A stretch of 64,000 nt of DNA from the human T2T-CHM13v2.0 reference genome, Homo sapiens, in assembly GCF_009914755.1 (NCBI RefSeq), contig NC_060934.1; one strand, given 5' to 3'. A model generated the notes under the pieces. That model saw only the letters and a list, made by a program, of their open reading frames with translations, was not told where the DNA came from and did no database searches. This document shows, piece by piece, positions 28,195 to 42,744 of the stretch (its first letter is position 1; each line of letters begins with the position of its first letter). The position numbers were made by a program, and so were the translations under genes.

Positions 28195-28782
28195 TTGTTT
28201 TTTGCTTTTGTTTGTTTATTTGTTTGTAGACACAGAGTCTCACTGTCACCCAGGCTGGAATGCAGTGGTGCGATCATGATTCACTGCAGTCTTGAACACC
28301 TGGGCCCAAGCTATCATCTCGCCTCAGCCACTTGAGTAGCTGGGACTACAGGTGCACACACGCCACTGAGCCTAGCTAATTTTCAACTTTTTTTTTTTTT
28401 TTTTTCAGACAGAGTCTAAATCTGTCGTCCAGGCTGGAGTGCAAAGGCACACTCAGCTCAGTGCAACATCCGCCTACTCGTTTCAAATGATTATCTTTCC
28501 TCAGCCTTCTGAGTAGCTGGGATTACAGGCACCCACCATCACACCTGGCTAATTTTTGTATTTTTAGTAGAGATGGGGTTTCACCATGTTGGCCAGGCTG
28601 CTCTTGAACTCCTGACCTCAAATGATTCGGCCCACCTTGGCCTCCAAAAGTGCTGGGATTACAGGTGTGAGACACCACGCCTGGTCAATTTTAAACTTTT
28701 TTGTAGAGACAGGGTCTTGCTCTGTTGCCCAGGCTGGTCTCAAACTTCTGGCTTCAAGGGATCCCTCCACCTTAGCCTCCCA
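28195..28782 (-). mobile_element. AluJ-like with a younger Alu (28388-28686) nested in its linker
   Basis: TSD aattttcaacttttt / aattttaaacttttt. Confidence 0.9.
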
Positions 28783-28912
28783 TTCTGCCACATTCTATTT
28801 CTGTAGAAGCAAGTTACAAAGTCCAGCTGACACGCAGAGGAGCAGAATTGAACCTCACCTTTTCAAAGAAGGATTGTCAAAGGATTTGTAGATATATTTT
28901 CAAGACACCACA
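28783..28912 (-). mobile_element. MLT1F/G-like LTR fragment
   Basis: ctgccacattctatt..agcaagttaca..ccaca. Confidence 0.65.
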
Positions 28913-28966
28913 CAATGCATTTGATGAGATTCTGATTATAGACCCTTTGGCATATTTTATGTGGAC

Positions 28967-29420
28967 TGTAAGGAACTGGGAAGGATCTAATATTTTACCC
29001 TATTTGTAAGGTTTCAAGTTAGCCTGTCCTAGTTTTGTGAATGCTGACAGAAGATATGAGTACTCTGGGTCAAAGACCAAAAGGACTTTATGACTCAAGC
29101 AATAGCAGTAGGCAGAGTATCAGCAATTTTGGTTCTCCTACTCCCCACCCCCAGAGGGTGACTGAAGGAGGGTCAGGTGACATTTGCACATGCAGTGGAT
29201 TGCATTTCAGGAGGTGAACCTAAACTTGGAGGATGGGAAGCTGCCTTTCACAAGAAGCAGTAGGCATACCTGCCCTTTGCTTTGAAGGACACACAGTCTC
29301 TGTCTTCCAAAGCTGTTCACTATTTAACTATCTTTCACAAGATACTCCAGGACAAAGACTCTCACGGCCTCTACTCAGAAGATGTGCAGACATGTGAGGG
29401 TCATGGAGAATTCTCTTCCG
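28967..29420 (-). mobile_element. ERV1-class solo LTR (LTR37-like, family name uncertain)
   Basis: ttttaccctatttg..aagttagcctg..catggagaatt. Confidence 0.6.
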
Positions 29421-29439
29421 AGTTTATGATAAAGGTGGT

Positions 29440-29855
29440 TGCATTAGTCAGGGTTCCCAGAGAAACAAACCAATAGGAGATAGATAGGTGGATATTTTAA
29501 GGAATTTGCTCATGGGACAGTGGAGGCTTGGTGAGTCCAAAATCTGATGGGGGTGGTAAGCAGTCTGGAGACTCAGGAAAAAGCTGCAGTTTGAGTCTGA
29601 AGACAGTTTGGTGCAGAGCCAGAAAGGGCTGATGTTGCAGATGAAGTCTGAAGGCTGTTTGCTGCTGAATTCTCTCTCGCTTGCAGGGAGGTCAGCTTTT
29701 TGTGCTCTTCAGGCCTTCGGCAGATCGGATGGGGCTCACCCATATCAGGGAAATCTCACCCAAAAATATCCTCACAGAAATATCCAGAATAAAGATTGAC
29801 CACATATCTGGGCACCATGGCCCAACCAAGCTGACACATAAAATTAACCGTCACA
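29440..29855 (-). mobile_element. MLT2B-like ERVL solo LTR
   Basis: attagtcagggttc..agaaacaaaccaatagga..tgacacataaaattaaccgtcaca. Confidence 0.85.
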
Positions 29856-30051
29856 CTAGTGGTATGATTGCTTTATTTAGTTGCAAGAGTTGAAAATAAA
29901 AAAAAAAAATTAAAAAGGCATTTGGCTGAGGGGCACGGAAGGGCAGCCTATATTTATTGTGAAGTAATGTGTTCAACTGTGAGGGTTCATGTCTGAAGAT
30001 AGTTCTAAATAAAAAAAGATGATTTTTCTTAATTCCCATTGCCCCATTTCA

Positions 30052-30411
<360 letters not shown>

Positions 30412-31009
30412 CTAGTCAAACAGATTCAAAGAACTACAGACTTGGAGGAGACCCCAGAGATAATATAATTCATCAACATCATGCTACAACTTTCTGAATA
30501 TCATGCAAATAGTTACCTGTAGAGCTGGGACTTAAAACCCAGGGCTCATACTCTACTCTGTCCAAGAGCATTAGAACTGTGGCTCACGGAACCCTGGGTT
30601 CAACAGAGGTTCCTTGGGAGCCTCCAGGAGGATGGGCATGGGCAGGGCCCCAAATTGGTATTCACTAGAGGGGCTTCATTTCAGTGTGAATTTTATATTG
30701 GAATACTGTGTAAGGTCCCATTTGAAAAGGGCTTATTTTGCCAAAGCAAGCTTGCAAATGACTCTCGTTTGCGATGGATATTTTTGTTGCTAGTGTTGGA
30801 AGTTAATACGTTCAAATTACATTTGAGAACCGAAGTTCAAAAAATAACCTTCCTTTAGAATTTTTTTGAATTTTAATAATTTGATCCAATTTGAGTTTAT
30901 AAACTCAAGGAAAATATTAACTCATCAATTTAGTAGTGTGTAAATTATTCTATTCCATATTTATTTTATTCTTAAAAATCATGACCATAAATTTAATAGG
31001 ATAATTCAA

Positions 31010-31375
31010 ACTTTTTTTTAGTAAAAAGCAGTATATATTCATGAAGGAATATTTGAAAATACAGAATAACAGAAAAAAATATAAAATATACCTACTACCT
31101 AAACATACCTTTATCAGTATTTTTATGTATCACCTTTCAGCATTTTTTTTCTAGGCAGATGTCTCTTTCTCTACGTAGTTGTCAATAAACTGTGTACTTA
31201 TGCACAATTTCATGTGACCATTTGTGCTTATCATATACTCAAGGCCTTCTCTATGTCATGGAACGACCTTGGAAATATAATATTGAATGACTATGTAAGC
31301 TTCCACAAAGTGGTTATACCAGTTTTTAACTAACAACCTCTTTTCTGTTTTTGATTTTATTTTACTGCTAAAAAT
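31010..31375 (-). mobile_element. Old L1ME-type 3' fragment
   Basis: atttgaaaatacaga..aaa pattern, degenerate. Confidence 0.5.
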
Positions 31376-31392
31376 TCAAGCTGGAATAGTAT

Positions 31393-31824
31393 TGCTGGGA
31401 ACCAAGTTGTTTCCCCAACGCCTGCCAAAGTCCTCTATTGAATCCCTAACCCCTGGTGCTGTTGTATTTGGGGTAAGAAAGTAATTAAGGTAGAATGAGG
31501 TCATAATGGCAGGGCCCTGATGCAACAGGATTAGTGTTCTTATAAGAAGAGACTCCAGAGAGTGAACTTCCCTCCGCTCCTCTCTCTCTCTCTGTCTCCC
31601 ACCAAACCCACCTGTCATACAGCAGCAAGAAGGCTGCGTCTACCAGCCAGGAAGAGAACCCTTGCCAGAAAGTGAACGGTTGGCACCTTGAGCTTGGACT
31701 AGCCACCTCCAGACTGTACCATGGACTTTGCTATTGTTAGTGCAGAGCTACCAGCTCTGCATGTGACTATCTGAATGATGTACAGTCTGTAGTATTTGCC
31801 ATGGTAGTCCGAGCCACCTAAGAC
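31393..31824 (+). mobile_element. MaLR solo LTR (MLT1A-like)
   Basis: aatgaggtcataa..ggattagtgttcttataagaagaga..ctaagaca. Confidence 0.8.
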
Positions 31825-32671
31825 AATCTCACTGTGCATAAAGATCTTCTCCTTCGTCCCCCATTCCTCTCTCTCCTCTGATCACACGTGTGCTTCCTTG
31901 TCCCCACAGGCTTCACTTAAAAACCCAAGTTCCATGAGAAAATAATTTGGGAATTCAATACGGAGATGGCAAAGCATAAAGTCCAGCATGGGGACCCCTG
32001 AGCGTGGGCTCCTGCGACCTCAGAGGCCACTCCCCTGGGAAGCCACCCCGGTTCTGGACGGCTTCTGGGTTCCTTTCTGAGCCGAGCACCGTAGCCTTGC
32101 TCAGCCTTGGCGCCTGCCAACAAGTGCTCTGAGCAACTGATAGATGTTCAATAAATGTCCCCTGCGGTTAAATGTGCCTTGATATGTCATTGAGAGACCC
32201 TTAGCTCTACGTTGAAGGGAGTCCAAAAGTCCTCTGGTTAGGAATGCTTTCTTAGTGGTTCTTTTATCATTGACTATTTATTGAAAAGTAACCAGAGAAT
32301 TGCAGAAATAGAAAGCTGAAAGGGATTTCCTCCCCAGAAGTTTTCAAGGTTGTTCTTGACTGTTGTAAACAAGGAAGCCAATACTTTAAAGAAGGCATTT
32401 GAAGAAGTTTAGGTGAGGTGAGCAGAGCTGTTCTCATGAGGGAAAGAGGCAGCCTCTCTGGAGCCACTCCCCAGAGGTCCCCCACGCCTGAAAAGGAATT
32501 TGAAGACTAAGGATCTAGTCTAAACTCCTCATTCGAAATGCTTATTTATTACCCTCTTAGGGGATCTTAAAAAATGACAGAATTCCAAATTTAAACAGAA
32601 AAAAGCACTATTCTAGAGTTTTTAAAACGCCAGGATACATAGTCCTATACTAACATGAAATATTTACTTAC

Positions 32672-32960
32672 CAAAATCTTTTAAGAATCTGGGAACCAAC
32701 AGTTTAGGAGAAGCATGGCTCTCGGCTCGGCTACAAAAGGACTGCTCTGTCCATCTCTGTGTGACTTGATTGATGGCCGGAGACATGAGAGAGGAGGAGG
32801 AGGGGGTGGCTCTGGAGAGCGCAGGTGAGGTCGGCCTTGCGCCTCTCTCCTGTGCTGCGGGCCCCAATCTGCATCCCTCCCTTCCTCTGAGTTGCTTTAC
32901 TTGGTGTACAACCGTCACCTTTTCTTGCCTTTTCAAATGAGATGAGATCAGTTTCCACAT
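32672..32960 (-). pseudogene. Candidate first coding exon: MWKLISSHLKRQEKVTVVHQVKQLR..PKLLVPRFLKDF
   Basis: ATG-initiated 96-codon open frame ending exactly at a consensus donor G|gtaagt in phase 1, matching exon 28130. Confidence 0.45.
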
Positions 32961-34394
32961 AACTGAGCCAGCTCATGTAATTATTGCCAGGCACTTGACA
33001 TTATATTGCATTCTGTTGTCTTTTTGTGTGTTCGTTTGTTTTATCATATTCGATTCCTTTAATAGCTTCATCCCTTCATCCCACACATGGCTCTCTCCTA
33101 GGTGCACAGCGGTCTCCTCAATATCAGGAGATGCAAAGGGAAGACATAGTTGTTTCCTTCCAGCAGGACACAATGAAGCCAGAAGATTGAAAGTACAACT
33201 CAATAAATGTTTGTGTGTCTTTTAATAATGATTTCAAAGGGTTGCAATGTTGAAAACAACAAAACAAACAAACAAACAAAAACAACTAACCTCCTTTTAA
33301 TAGCCCATTTAAAATTGTTTGGTAAATATTATGGATGGATCTTTTAAAAAAATTACTTTATAACTTCAAAACATAAGTGAGTTAAACATATGCTTTCTGA
33401 AATTTTTTTCATGTTAACATTTTTAGAAAAGGTAAGTTGGCCTTTAAAATGCTATCATAGTGAAGTTGAGTCATTTGAAACAATGTTCAATAAATGTTTT
33501 TGTTAATTATAAATAGGTTATGATTTGGACAGTTAAGAAGAAGACAGAAACTAACAGAAGATAGTAGAAGACACAATGGAGATTTTGAAAACTTAGCTTA
33601 AAAGTTTTATCATGAGATTAATAAAATATGTCACAATGCTTTTTTTCTTACAAGAAAATATACAATTTTTCTCCCCGCAGGTCCTCATTCTTTATTCTTT
33701 TTCTTAGAATTCATATGCTAAGTTTACTAGGTTCCTCTTTTCAGTATCTTTATTTACAACACTGTCACTGTTTCCATAGATACACTGAAGGTCGGTTTCC
33801 ATAGCAACACTCTTGGTCTCCTAAACAAATAGTATCATAGTGTGAATCTTGTTTCAGTGTTATTGCACCATGTTATTAGATACAGAATTCAAAAAAATAA
33901 CTTAAGCAGGGTTTGAAACAAGGTGGGTTGGTTTTATTGCTTGGTGCTTTAGATATTACATTTCAATTTCATATTAAATATATATCCATCTGAAAAATAG
34001 CGAGGCTTTTGCATAGTAAACATGATACCAATTTTATTCACAAGTTATAAAACACTGTAATTTAATAAGAGGATATTCCAATACATGAGACAGACGCAGG
34101 CAGAGGCTCACTGTCTTCAGATTCAAATGACTACTTTTCCGTTGGCTGGATGATTTAGCCTCCCCAAACCTCCACAGTCGTTTATAACCTACCCACGGTG
34201 ATCATTACCTTTGCCATTTTTGCATTTTAAGTCATTTCTACCAGTCTTGTCTTTTATTTCATAGCCCCAAAGGAACAGCTCTGAAATAGATTTCAAGGAA
34301 TCTTTACTACTTCCTATTTTGCTCCAACTGAAACAAAAGAGAAAAGTAACTTTATTAGATTTTTGTTTTTTGCCTTTAAATTTGTTTATCATTA

Positions 34395-34986
<592 letters not shown>

Positions 34987-35439
34987 TGATTATATTTGAC
35001 TCCTAGGGGTGAGTTTTCAGCTCACATAGGGAAAGGAGGGAAGCAGTGCCCATCACAGCGGAAATGTGGACACTGCTTTTATTTGAGGGAAGGAAGGGGA
35101 GCTGTCTGCACAATCCCATGACATTGTGGTTTTCTGCCAGATGCTTGGAGACAATGTACTCCAGTGCGCACACCTGCTTCTTTACACTCTGACCCATTTA
35201 ACAAGCTATGTCAGAAGCCTGCTTTTTCACTTTCCTTTTGAGTATGTCCTCCTTTAAGGACATATTTATTAATAAATGGGGTTTCCCTCCTAAGTTTGGC
35301 ACTAAAAGGGATTGGTATGCAAATACAACATAGTACTTGGCAAATGTAAAAAAAAAAATTGTACTGCTTTGGGGGAAGGGTCAACAATGAACTAAAGGTG
35401 GTGACAAATGTAAACTCAGGATGCCTTAGAGTGTGGGTG

Positions 35440-35610
35440 TTAGGCAGTCAGACAGGTAAGTGTGAACCCCAGCTCAGACATTTAGTAGCTGTGTGAATTG
35501 GGGCCCTGACTAGACTCCCCTGAGCCTTGGTTTCCTCATCTGTAACATAAGGAAAATACCACCTACTGTGCCGAGTTGTTGAAAAATCAGAGATGTTAGA
35601 AGTCACCTGC
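35440..35610 (+). mobile_element. MIR
   Basis: tgagccttggtttcctcatctgtaa core. Confidence 0.8.
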
Positions 35611-35871
35611 ATTTTGAAACTTGAAGTGATGCATTTTTTCATCATTTCTGATTTGTCCCATGCCTACAGGAAGAGAGTGTGCCACCTTTGATCACAGAGT
35701 ACTTTCATTTTGCTGTATCTGTGGTTACATTTTATTGATGTGCATGGCCATTGTTACATTTTACTGATTTTCCTTCCTTATCAATTGGATCTCGAGGTTC
35801 AGAAAGTGCCAGATTCCTCTGTATCTGCACGAAGATGCATCTATGGAAGTGCATCTCCCCTGTCAGGGAGA

Positions 35872-35916
35872 TCCTCCAGCTCCTCCAGCTCCTCCAGCTC
35901 CTCCAGCTCCTCCAGC
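35872..35916. repeat. (TCCTCCAGC)5 perfect 9-mer tandem repeat
   Basis: Direct reading. Confidence 0.95.
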
Positions 35917-36101
35917 TTCTGCCCATCACCTTTCCATCTCCTGACCTGACTCCTGGCTGAGGTAGTGTTTTCCAATCAAGACAAAAGCTCCTGAGAGCTT
36001 CCATCAGTGTGGTTCCCGGAATAGTCAGCTGACTTGTAAATGGAAAGCCCTAGAGAAAAACAAGTCCTTCTCTGATCTCAATCTTAGCAGTATCACCTAA
36101 G

Positions 36102-36245
36102 CCAGTGTTTCCAACCTTTCATGCACACAGTGATCACCCATGGGCCTTGTTGAAAGGCAGGTTTTGGCTCAGCAGGCCTGGGTGGGAGTTGAGTCTCTGC
36201 CTGGCTGATGAGCTCTCAGGGGATGACCAAGTACCTGGTCTAGGA
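36102..36245 (+). mobile_element. MER5A-like hAT MITE
   Basis: cagtgtttccaac..cttgttgaaa..caggcctgggtggg. Confidence 0.65.
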
Positions 36246-36404
36246 GCCTCACCTCCAACGGGAAACTCTCCAAAACACAGATTTTTATCAAATTTGTTCA
36301 AGCCCTAATTAGAGGCCACCACCCAAAACAATGGGTCCCCAGATGACTTTAGCCTGGGCATATTTGGGGTTTTTCTTCTAGTATAAGATTCAGGCTATCC
36401 AGCC

Positions 36405-36710
36405 TTTTTTTTTTTTTTTTTTTTTTTTGAGATAGAGTCTCACTCTGTCTCCCACGCTGGAGTGCAGTGATGTCATCTCGGCTCACTGCAACCTCTGCCT
36501 CCTGGATTCAGGCGATTCTCCTGCCTCAGCCTCCAAGTAGCTGGGATTACAGGCACCCACCACTGCGGCTGGCTAATTATTGTATTTTCAGTGGAGACAG
36601 GGTTTCACTATGTGGGCCAGGCTGGTCTCAAACTCCTGACCTTAGGTGATCCTCTCATCTCAGTCTCCCAAAGTCTGGGATTACAGATGTGAGTCACCCT
36701 GCCAGGTCGG
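36405..36710 (-). mobile_element. Alu
   Basis: Antisense Alu, long poly-T. Confidence 0.95.
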
Positions 36711-38103
36711 TCCAGTCTTAGTTGAATTTGGCTTCCTTGTACGATAAAGAGACTGGGCTGACTAGAATCTCTCAGGTCCTTTTCAATAAGCAAATGCAGC
36801 ATACTTTCTTCTTACAGAGGTGGGACAGATCAGGGAAGATGCAAAATTCATCTGTTCACATTGTCATTACCAAATTCCTTTCAGCTTACCGAAATCTTCT
36901 CTGAGCCTTAGGATCAATATGATTCATATTGTTGGGAAAAATACATAATGGAATTATAGCTGATTGTCAGAGACAGGTTAATGCTCTAATCAGAAAGTCA
37001 GTGACTGACCTGTGAATGAGTTTAGAAGCTGCCTGTACCATATTAATTCCCAAAATTTACAATGTAATTAAGGCTTCAGAATTCTCTAAGAGAGTGTGGT
37101 CTCATTTCCTTTTGTTATGTTATTGTGTAACAAATGCAGTTGTTTTCTTAAACAAAATTGCCTTCTGCTTTTCTGTTCTCCCTTACTTTAGAAGCTTGAT
37201 GGCACTTTACTACTTGTTATGTTATAACAGCAGTGTTCCCTGTGTGGAAGTCTTCCAAAGGCAATTCACTCTTCTGAGATTATGTTTTGGAGGAAGAATA
37301 TATTTGAAAGCTCTAAAAAAAAATTTAGGGTTTTCCAGGGGATTTTGTTCCATGGGTTTTCCTTGCATATTATCTCATTGTTAAAAGGATTGTATAATAT
37401 TCTAAGAATCAAGAGGTTGTAGTTTCACATAAATAGACGCAATCAAATAATTACTTTCGCTTTTATTTTTATGCTGAATAATTTCACTCAATGGCATCAA
37501 CTTCAGAATGAATCATAATGAGTCTACTTGACCTTGTTAAAACTGACAATAAAATGGTGACCAAGTCCTTTTCCTTTGAAAAAGGAAGCGGCCAGCTTTC
37601 TAATGCTGGCTTGGTGGCCATGGAAGATGCCCTCAACGGTCAAAGAAAAACTCATATGAAAGCACCAAAAATGTGGATGAAAGCAATGCCATCCTCACGT
37701 GCTAAGGAGTGTGTGAATGCATGAAAATAAGGTGCTTAGAACAATACCTAACACATACCAGGTGTTCAGTAAATACTGGGTACTATCATTCCTGACACTT
37801 TTGTCTGCATGCTTACAACAAGCCAGCCTGCAGTTGCTTAATCTCTGCAGGCTCTATGCATGTGTGAAGATATATACCTATATTTACACATGCAAATATA
37901 TATAAAATACCCATGTATAATTTTTAGGGGAACCCTTTTACAGATGATAGTTTCCGGTAGTTGTGAAAAAATCTGGCAAAGCACCATAAAAATAAATAAT
38001 GCAAGCATTCTTTGAATTACTTAAAACTGAATGTCCAATTCAAACAGATTATAATTTTCAATGTTTTCTGTTGATAGAGTATCATATAGAGAGTTGGGAT
38101 TTA

Positions 38104-38480
<377 letters not shown>

Positions 38481-38569
38481 AGAAATAAACTGTCTTCCAA
38501 ATAAAAGTACGGGAAATCTTAGTGGAGAAAGTAACGTATTAGTGCCTATGACACACACAAGTGAATGTA

Positions 38570-38772
38570 CAGGTGACCCTTGAACAAGGCCAGTTTGAAC
38601 TGCATGGGTCCCCCTTTTACAGGGATTTTTTCCAGCAAATCGCAGATCCAAAATATAGCATTGGAGGGAGGCAAAATTCACATATATCAACAGCTGACTT
38701 TTTGTACATGCCTGCAGATTTAGGTATACCTGGGATTCCTGACCGATCCACCTCCTTTACCCAGGATGACTG
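38570..38772 (+). mobile_element. MER8/Tigger2-family MITE
   Basis: caggtgacccttgaacaa..tttgaactgc..gatgactg, flanked by TA. Confidence 0.8.
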
Positions 38773-39269
38773 TATATATTTCTTTGAGAAATGTGTGTAT
38801 ATTTTTCTCTGAGTCATATTGATTAAAAATTAATATTAGTCAGTACTATCATTCTTAAAGTACTAAAATTAATATAAAACTAATATAGTGTTTTCATAAA
38901 GTAAAGAAAAAGGGAACCCTAGTAAAGAGTTGGTTCAGTGAGGCCAGTCTACGTTTCACATCACCCAAGCCTAACATTCATTTGGATGGATACTTCTCAC
39001 TTGTTGGGATTATTAAGCCATTGGTTTGTGTTTGTTCCGTGTAAACACTAAGGGAAAGGGAAAAGGAGACTCTCCGCTGTTTTGTGGGTGTTTGGCTAGG
39101 GTTTAGTTATGCAAGGTGAAGTTTGGAGTTATTTCCCTGTATGAAAACTCTTCATGATAGACACCAGGTGTGCTGGAGACTCACAGCAACAGAAGAAAGC
39201 CCAGGCTGACTCCGGAGAAAACGGCTGACCAGGAGCATCCCAGGATCATGACGGAGTCGGCTGACTCCC

Positions 39270-39480
39270 CGGTCAGACTCTCTGCTTTCTAATCCTGAAT
39301 CAACCCTTTATAAGCTGTTTGACCTTGAGAAATTCCCCTAACTTCTTCGTACCACAGGCTATTTACTCATCTCTGTAATAGAGGTAGCATATTTCCTATT
39401 CAAAAAGGCTACTGTTAAACATAGTAATACACTTGGAGTGGCAACCTTAGGACTCAGTAGATGTTAGTGACTATTAGGAA
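39270..39480 (+). mobile_element. MIR
   Basis: gtcagac..gctgtttgaccttg..actcatct core. Confidence 0.6.
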
Positions 39481-39794
39481 ATAAATAATATTTCCCAGAA
39501 GTGCCATAAGATCATTCATACGTCTTATAGTTTGATGAGTTGCTTTGCATTTTGCCAAGGTGGACTACTGTTTGATTCTGTAATCCTGGCAAGCATTTAG
39601 CCAGCAGAAAGCTAAGTCATATTAAGATCTCAACTTCCAGAGAGAGCTTAGGACTCAGAGTCAGGAACTCTCAGTTCAGAAAGGGCTGCAAAGCTCCGGA
39701 ATTTGAAGAAAATGTCCAGATGGTGTGAATATTTAGTTATTAATCTTGGAATTTCACTATGCAAACAGAATTAATGTAGTAACCATTTAACCAC

Positions 39795-40149
39795 TTGTGT
39801 TTCTGCTGTAATAAAACATCACAGTCTAGGCAGCTGAAATAGCAGGCATTGATTTCTCCCAATTCTGGAGGCAGGAGGTACCTGCTGATTTGGTTTCCAG
39901 AGAGGGCTCTTCTTCTGGCTTGCAGAGAGCTGCCTCCTCACGGTGTCCTCACATAGTGGAGAGAAAGCAAGCTCTCTCCTGGCTCTTCTTACAAGGACAT
40001 TGATTCTGTTGGATCAGGGTCCCACCCTTACAACCAAATTTAGCCTTAATTACTTCTATAAAGACTCTATCTCCAAATACAGCCACACTGGGGTCAGGAC
40101 TTCCACAGATGAATTTGAGGATGGGAACATGAACATTCCGTCCATAGCA
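39795..40149 (-). mobile_element. MaLR solo LTR (MLT1A/B-like)
   Basis: tatctccaaatacagccacact..tccatagca. Confidence 0.85.
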
Positions 40150-40531
40150 CCAATCGTCAGGTGCATTTATTTCATCCACGTTCTATAACTCTGGAATGAG
40201 GCTGATAGCATCTCTCTCTCTCCAGTTTGTTTCCTTGAGCCTCATCCTCCAACCGCCCTTGTTCCTGTGGAGAGCTCCTTCCAGACTGGGGTCCCCTGCT
40301 TTATGGCAGGGGCAAGGGGTATGGATATATTCCAAATGACTTCTGTCTGTTCTTTTTTCTGATAACTCCTAAGGTCAAACATCTATACAGTCTTTCTATC
40401 ATTTGTTATTAACCACACTTAGCATCGGTAATTCCTTGCAACATTGATTTTGGTGAGGTTCTACGATCTTTATTTTCCTTTCTATTTTTTCTCGGTTTTA
40501 GATATTCCGCTTATTCTTTTTCTCCTGCAGA

Positions 40532-41600
40532 TGAAACCACTCAAGGGGTTTCTTCCTGCCTGGTGCATGAAGAAAGACCATGGCATTGTAGTAAAGAAAA
40601 AAGTTTAATAGACATGAGGACAGCCATACCATGTGGGAGATGGAATTTGTACTCAAATCACCTCCTCCAAAGCTCATAGGATAGGGGTTTTCTTTTTTCT
40701 TTTTCTGTTTTTTTTTTTTTTTGTTGTTGTTCTTTTTTTTTCTTTTTTTTTCTTTTTTTTTTTTTTTTCTGAAAAAGTCTCACTCTGTCACCCAGGCTGG
40801 AGTGTAATCGCATGATCTTGGCTCATTGCAACTTCCACCTCCTGGGTTCAAGTTATTCTCGTGCTTCAGCCTTCTGAGTAGCTGGGATTACAGGCATGTG
40901 CTACAACACTGGGCTTTTTTTGTATTTTTTAGTAGAGATACGGTTTCACCATGTTGTCCAGGCTGGTTTCAAACTCCCAACCTCAGGTGATCGACCTGCC
41001 TCGGCCTCCCAAAGTGCTGGGATTACAGGCATGAGCCACTGTGCCTGGCTGGTTAGGGGTTTTTCAAAGACAGTTTGAGAAAGGGGTGGGAGTGTTCAGG
41101 TAACAGGTGCTTGCTGCTGATTGATTGGAGCAGAGATGAAATCACAGGGTGTTGAAGCTGTCCTCCCGCAGGCTGAATTGCTTCTGGGCGGGGCCACGGG
41201 AGCGGGGCTGGCAGGTCCAGGTGGAACCATGAGTGTCAGACATGCAAAAAACCTGAAAAATCTCAAAAGACCCATCTACAAGAGTGGTGTTATTTTCAGG
41301 AGATATTGCGGAAGTTGCATATCTTATAAATAATGGCCGAAAATCCTTCATGTCTGCACCTTAGCAGGACTTGGCTCCTCTATTCTCCCTAGACTGACAG
41401 CCTCCCATTAGCTTTATAAAAGCCATCGAGTTTTGGATAAGGCCTATTATTATTTATACTGTAGCCTAAATGTCTTCCAAAGTCAGCTCGGCTCAATAGC
41501 CCAGGAATAATTAAGGGAAAGGCAAGAGGGGTAGGGGTAGTTAGCTCCCCTTACTGTTATAATTTTTCTTACTGATATAATTTTTGCAAAGGTGATTTCT
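40532..41600 (-). mobile_element. LTR8-family ERV1 solo LTR split by an Alu
   Basis: Ends ..ataatttttgcaaaggtgatttc (reverse complement of the LTR8 5' end); ccaaagtcagctcggc..cccaggaat. Confidence 0.8.
40690..41049 (-). mobile_element. Alu inserted in LTR8
   Basis: TSD gg[a/t]taggggtttt. Confidence 0.95.
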
Positions 41601-41749
41601 GAGATGAAACTATTGACTGAGTAGCAACTCATAAGTTTAGCGTTAGCATTTGTCGAGCAGGTATGACAGCATTCCACGTGCAGTCTCCTTGAGGTTGTTT
41701 GACAGGGAGAAGTAACAACTCTTGGGAGCACCATTCAGGCATAGTTTAG

Positions 41750-42535
41750 ATGCCATAGGAGGTGTACTCAGGAAGCCAGATGTGAGACAGACATGGGTAA
41801 AGAGCAGGAGCAACACCCATTGGGGGTGAGTGAAGCAAGACTGGGAGGAGGGAAGAACTAGACCATGGAACACCTGCTGAAGAGGACCCAGTTGATCTCA
41901 CAGAGAGCTCAGAAATGGGGATGGTGCTTCAGAGCTGCTCCCAGACAAGCCAAGACAAGAACTCTGCACCCCTGAAGGGACCTGTCACTGGATGTTGGCT
42001 GCTCCCAAGGAGCAGGGTGTAGCCTTGAGCCCACCAGCTCTCGTCAATTGAAGGCAAATGCTGTAAGGACCCAGATGTAAGTGAACACCAGACAACACTT
42101 CCCACACGGGGGAAACAGGCTGTATCAGTCCATTTTCATACTGCTATGAAGAAATATTTGAGACTGAGTCATTTATAAAGAAAAAGAGGTTTAGAGGACT
42201 CACATTCCACATGGTTGGACAGGCCTCACAATCATGGCGGAAGGTGAAGGAGGAGCAAAAGCACATCTTACATGGTGGCAGGCAAGAGAGCATGTGCAGG
42301 GGACTGCTCTTTATGAAACCATCAGATCTTGTGAGACTTATTCACTATCATGAGAACAGCACAGGAAAGCCCCACTCCCAGGATTCAATTACCTCCCACT
42401 GGGTCCCTCCCATGACACGTGGGGATTATGGGAGCTACAAGTCAAGATGAGATTTGGGTGGGGACATGGCCAAACCATATCAAAAACCTTGGTTCCAAAG
42501 TGGAGACCCATGTAGGGCTCCCCAGGGTCCACACC
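41750..42535 (-). mobile_element. LTR16-like ERVL LTR interrupted by THE1
   Basis: gagctcagaaatggggatggtgcttcagag..gtcactggatgt. Confidence 0.65.
42121..42482 (-). mobile_element. THE1 (C/D-like) MaLR solo LTR
   Basis: tgtatcagtccattttcatactgct..agatttgggtggggaca..ccaaaccatatca. Confidence 0.95.
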
Positions 42536-42744
42536 TGTGGTAAAAATTGGAAAACTGCACTTGAATTTGATTGAACATTTATGAAAATGCTGCTGTAGAT
42601 TTTAGTGGTCAATTATGCCCCATTAGTCAATGCACTTTGGTAAGCTCTTGGTCAAGAAAAATTATGAGGAAAGGTCTTATGGATGAAGCCTGATACCAAC
42701 TTCTCAAGCAATGGCTTCTCTGGTCCATAATCACTATTTTTAAG

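Noticed and set aside
31741-31761. 9-bp stem hairpin tgcagagct-acc-agctctgca
   Set aside because: Short, inside an LTR, expected occasionally by chance
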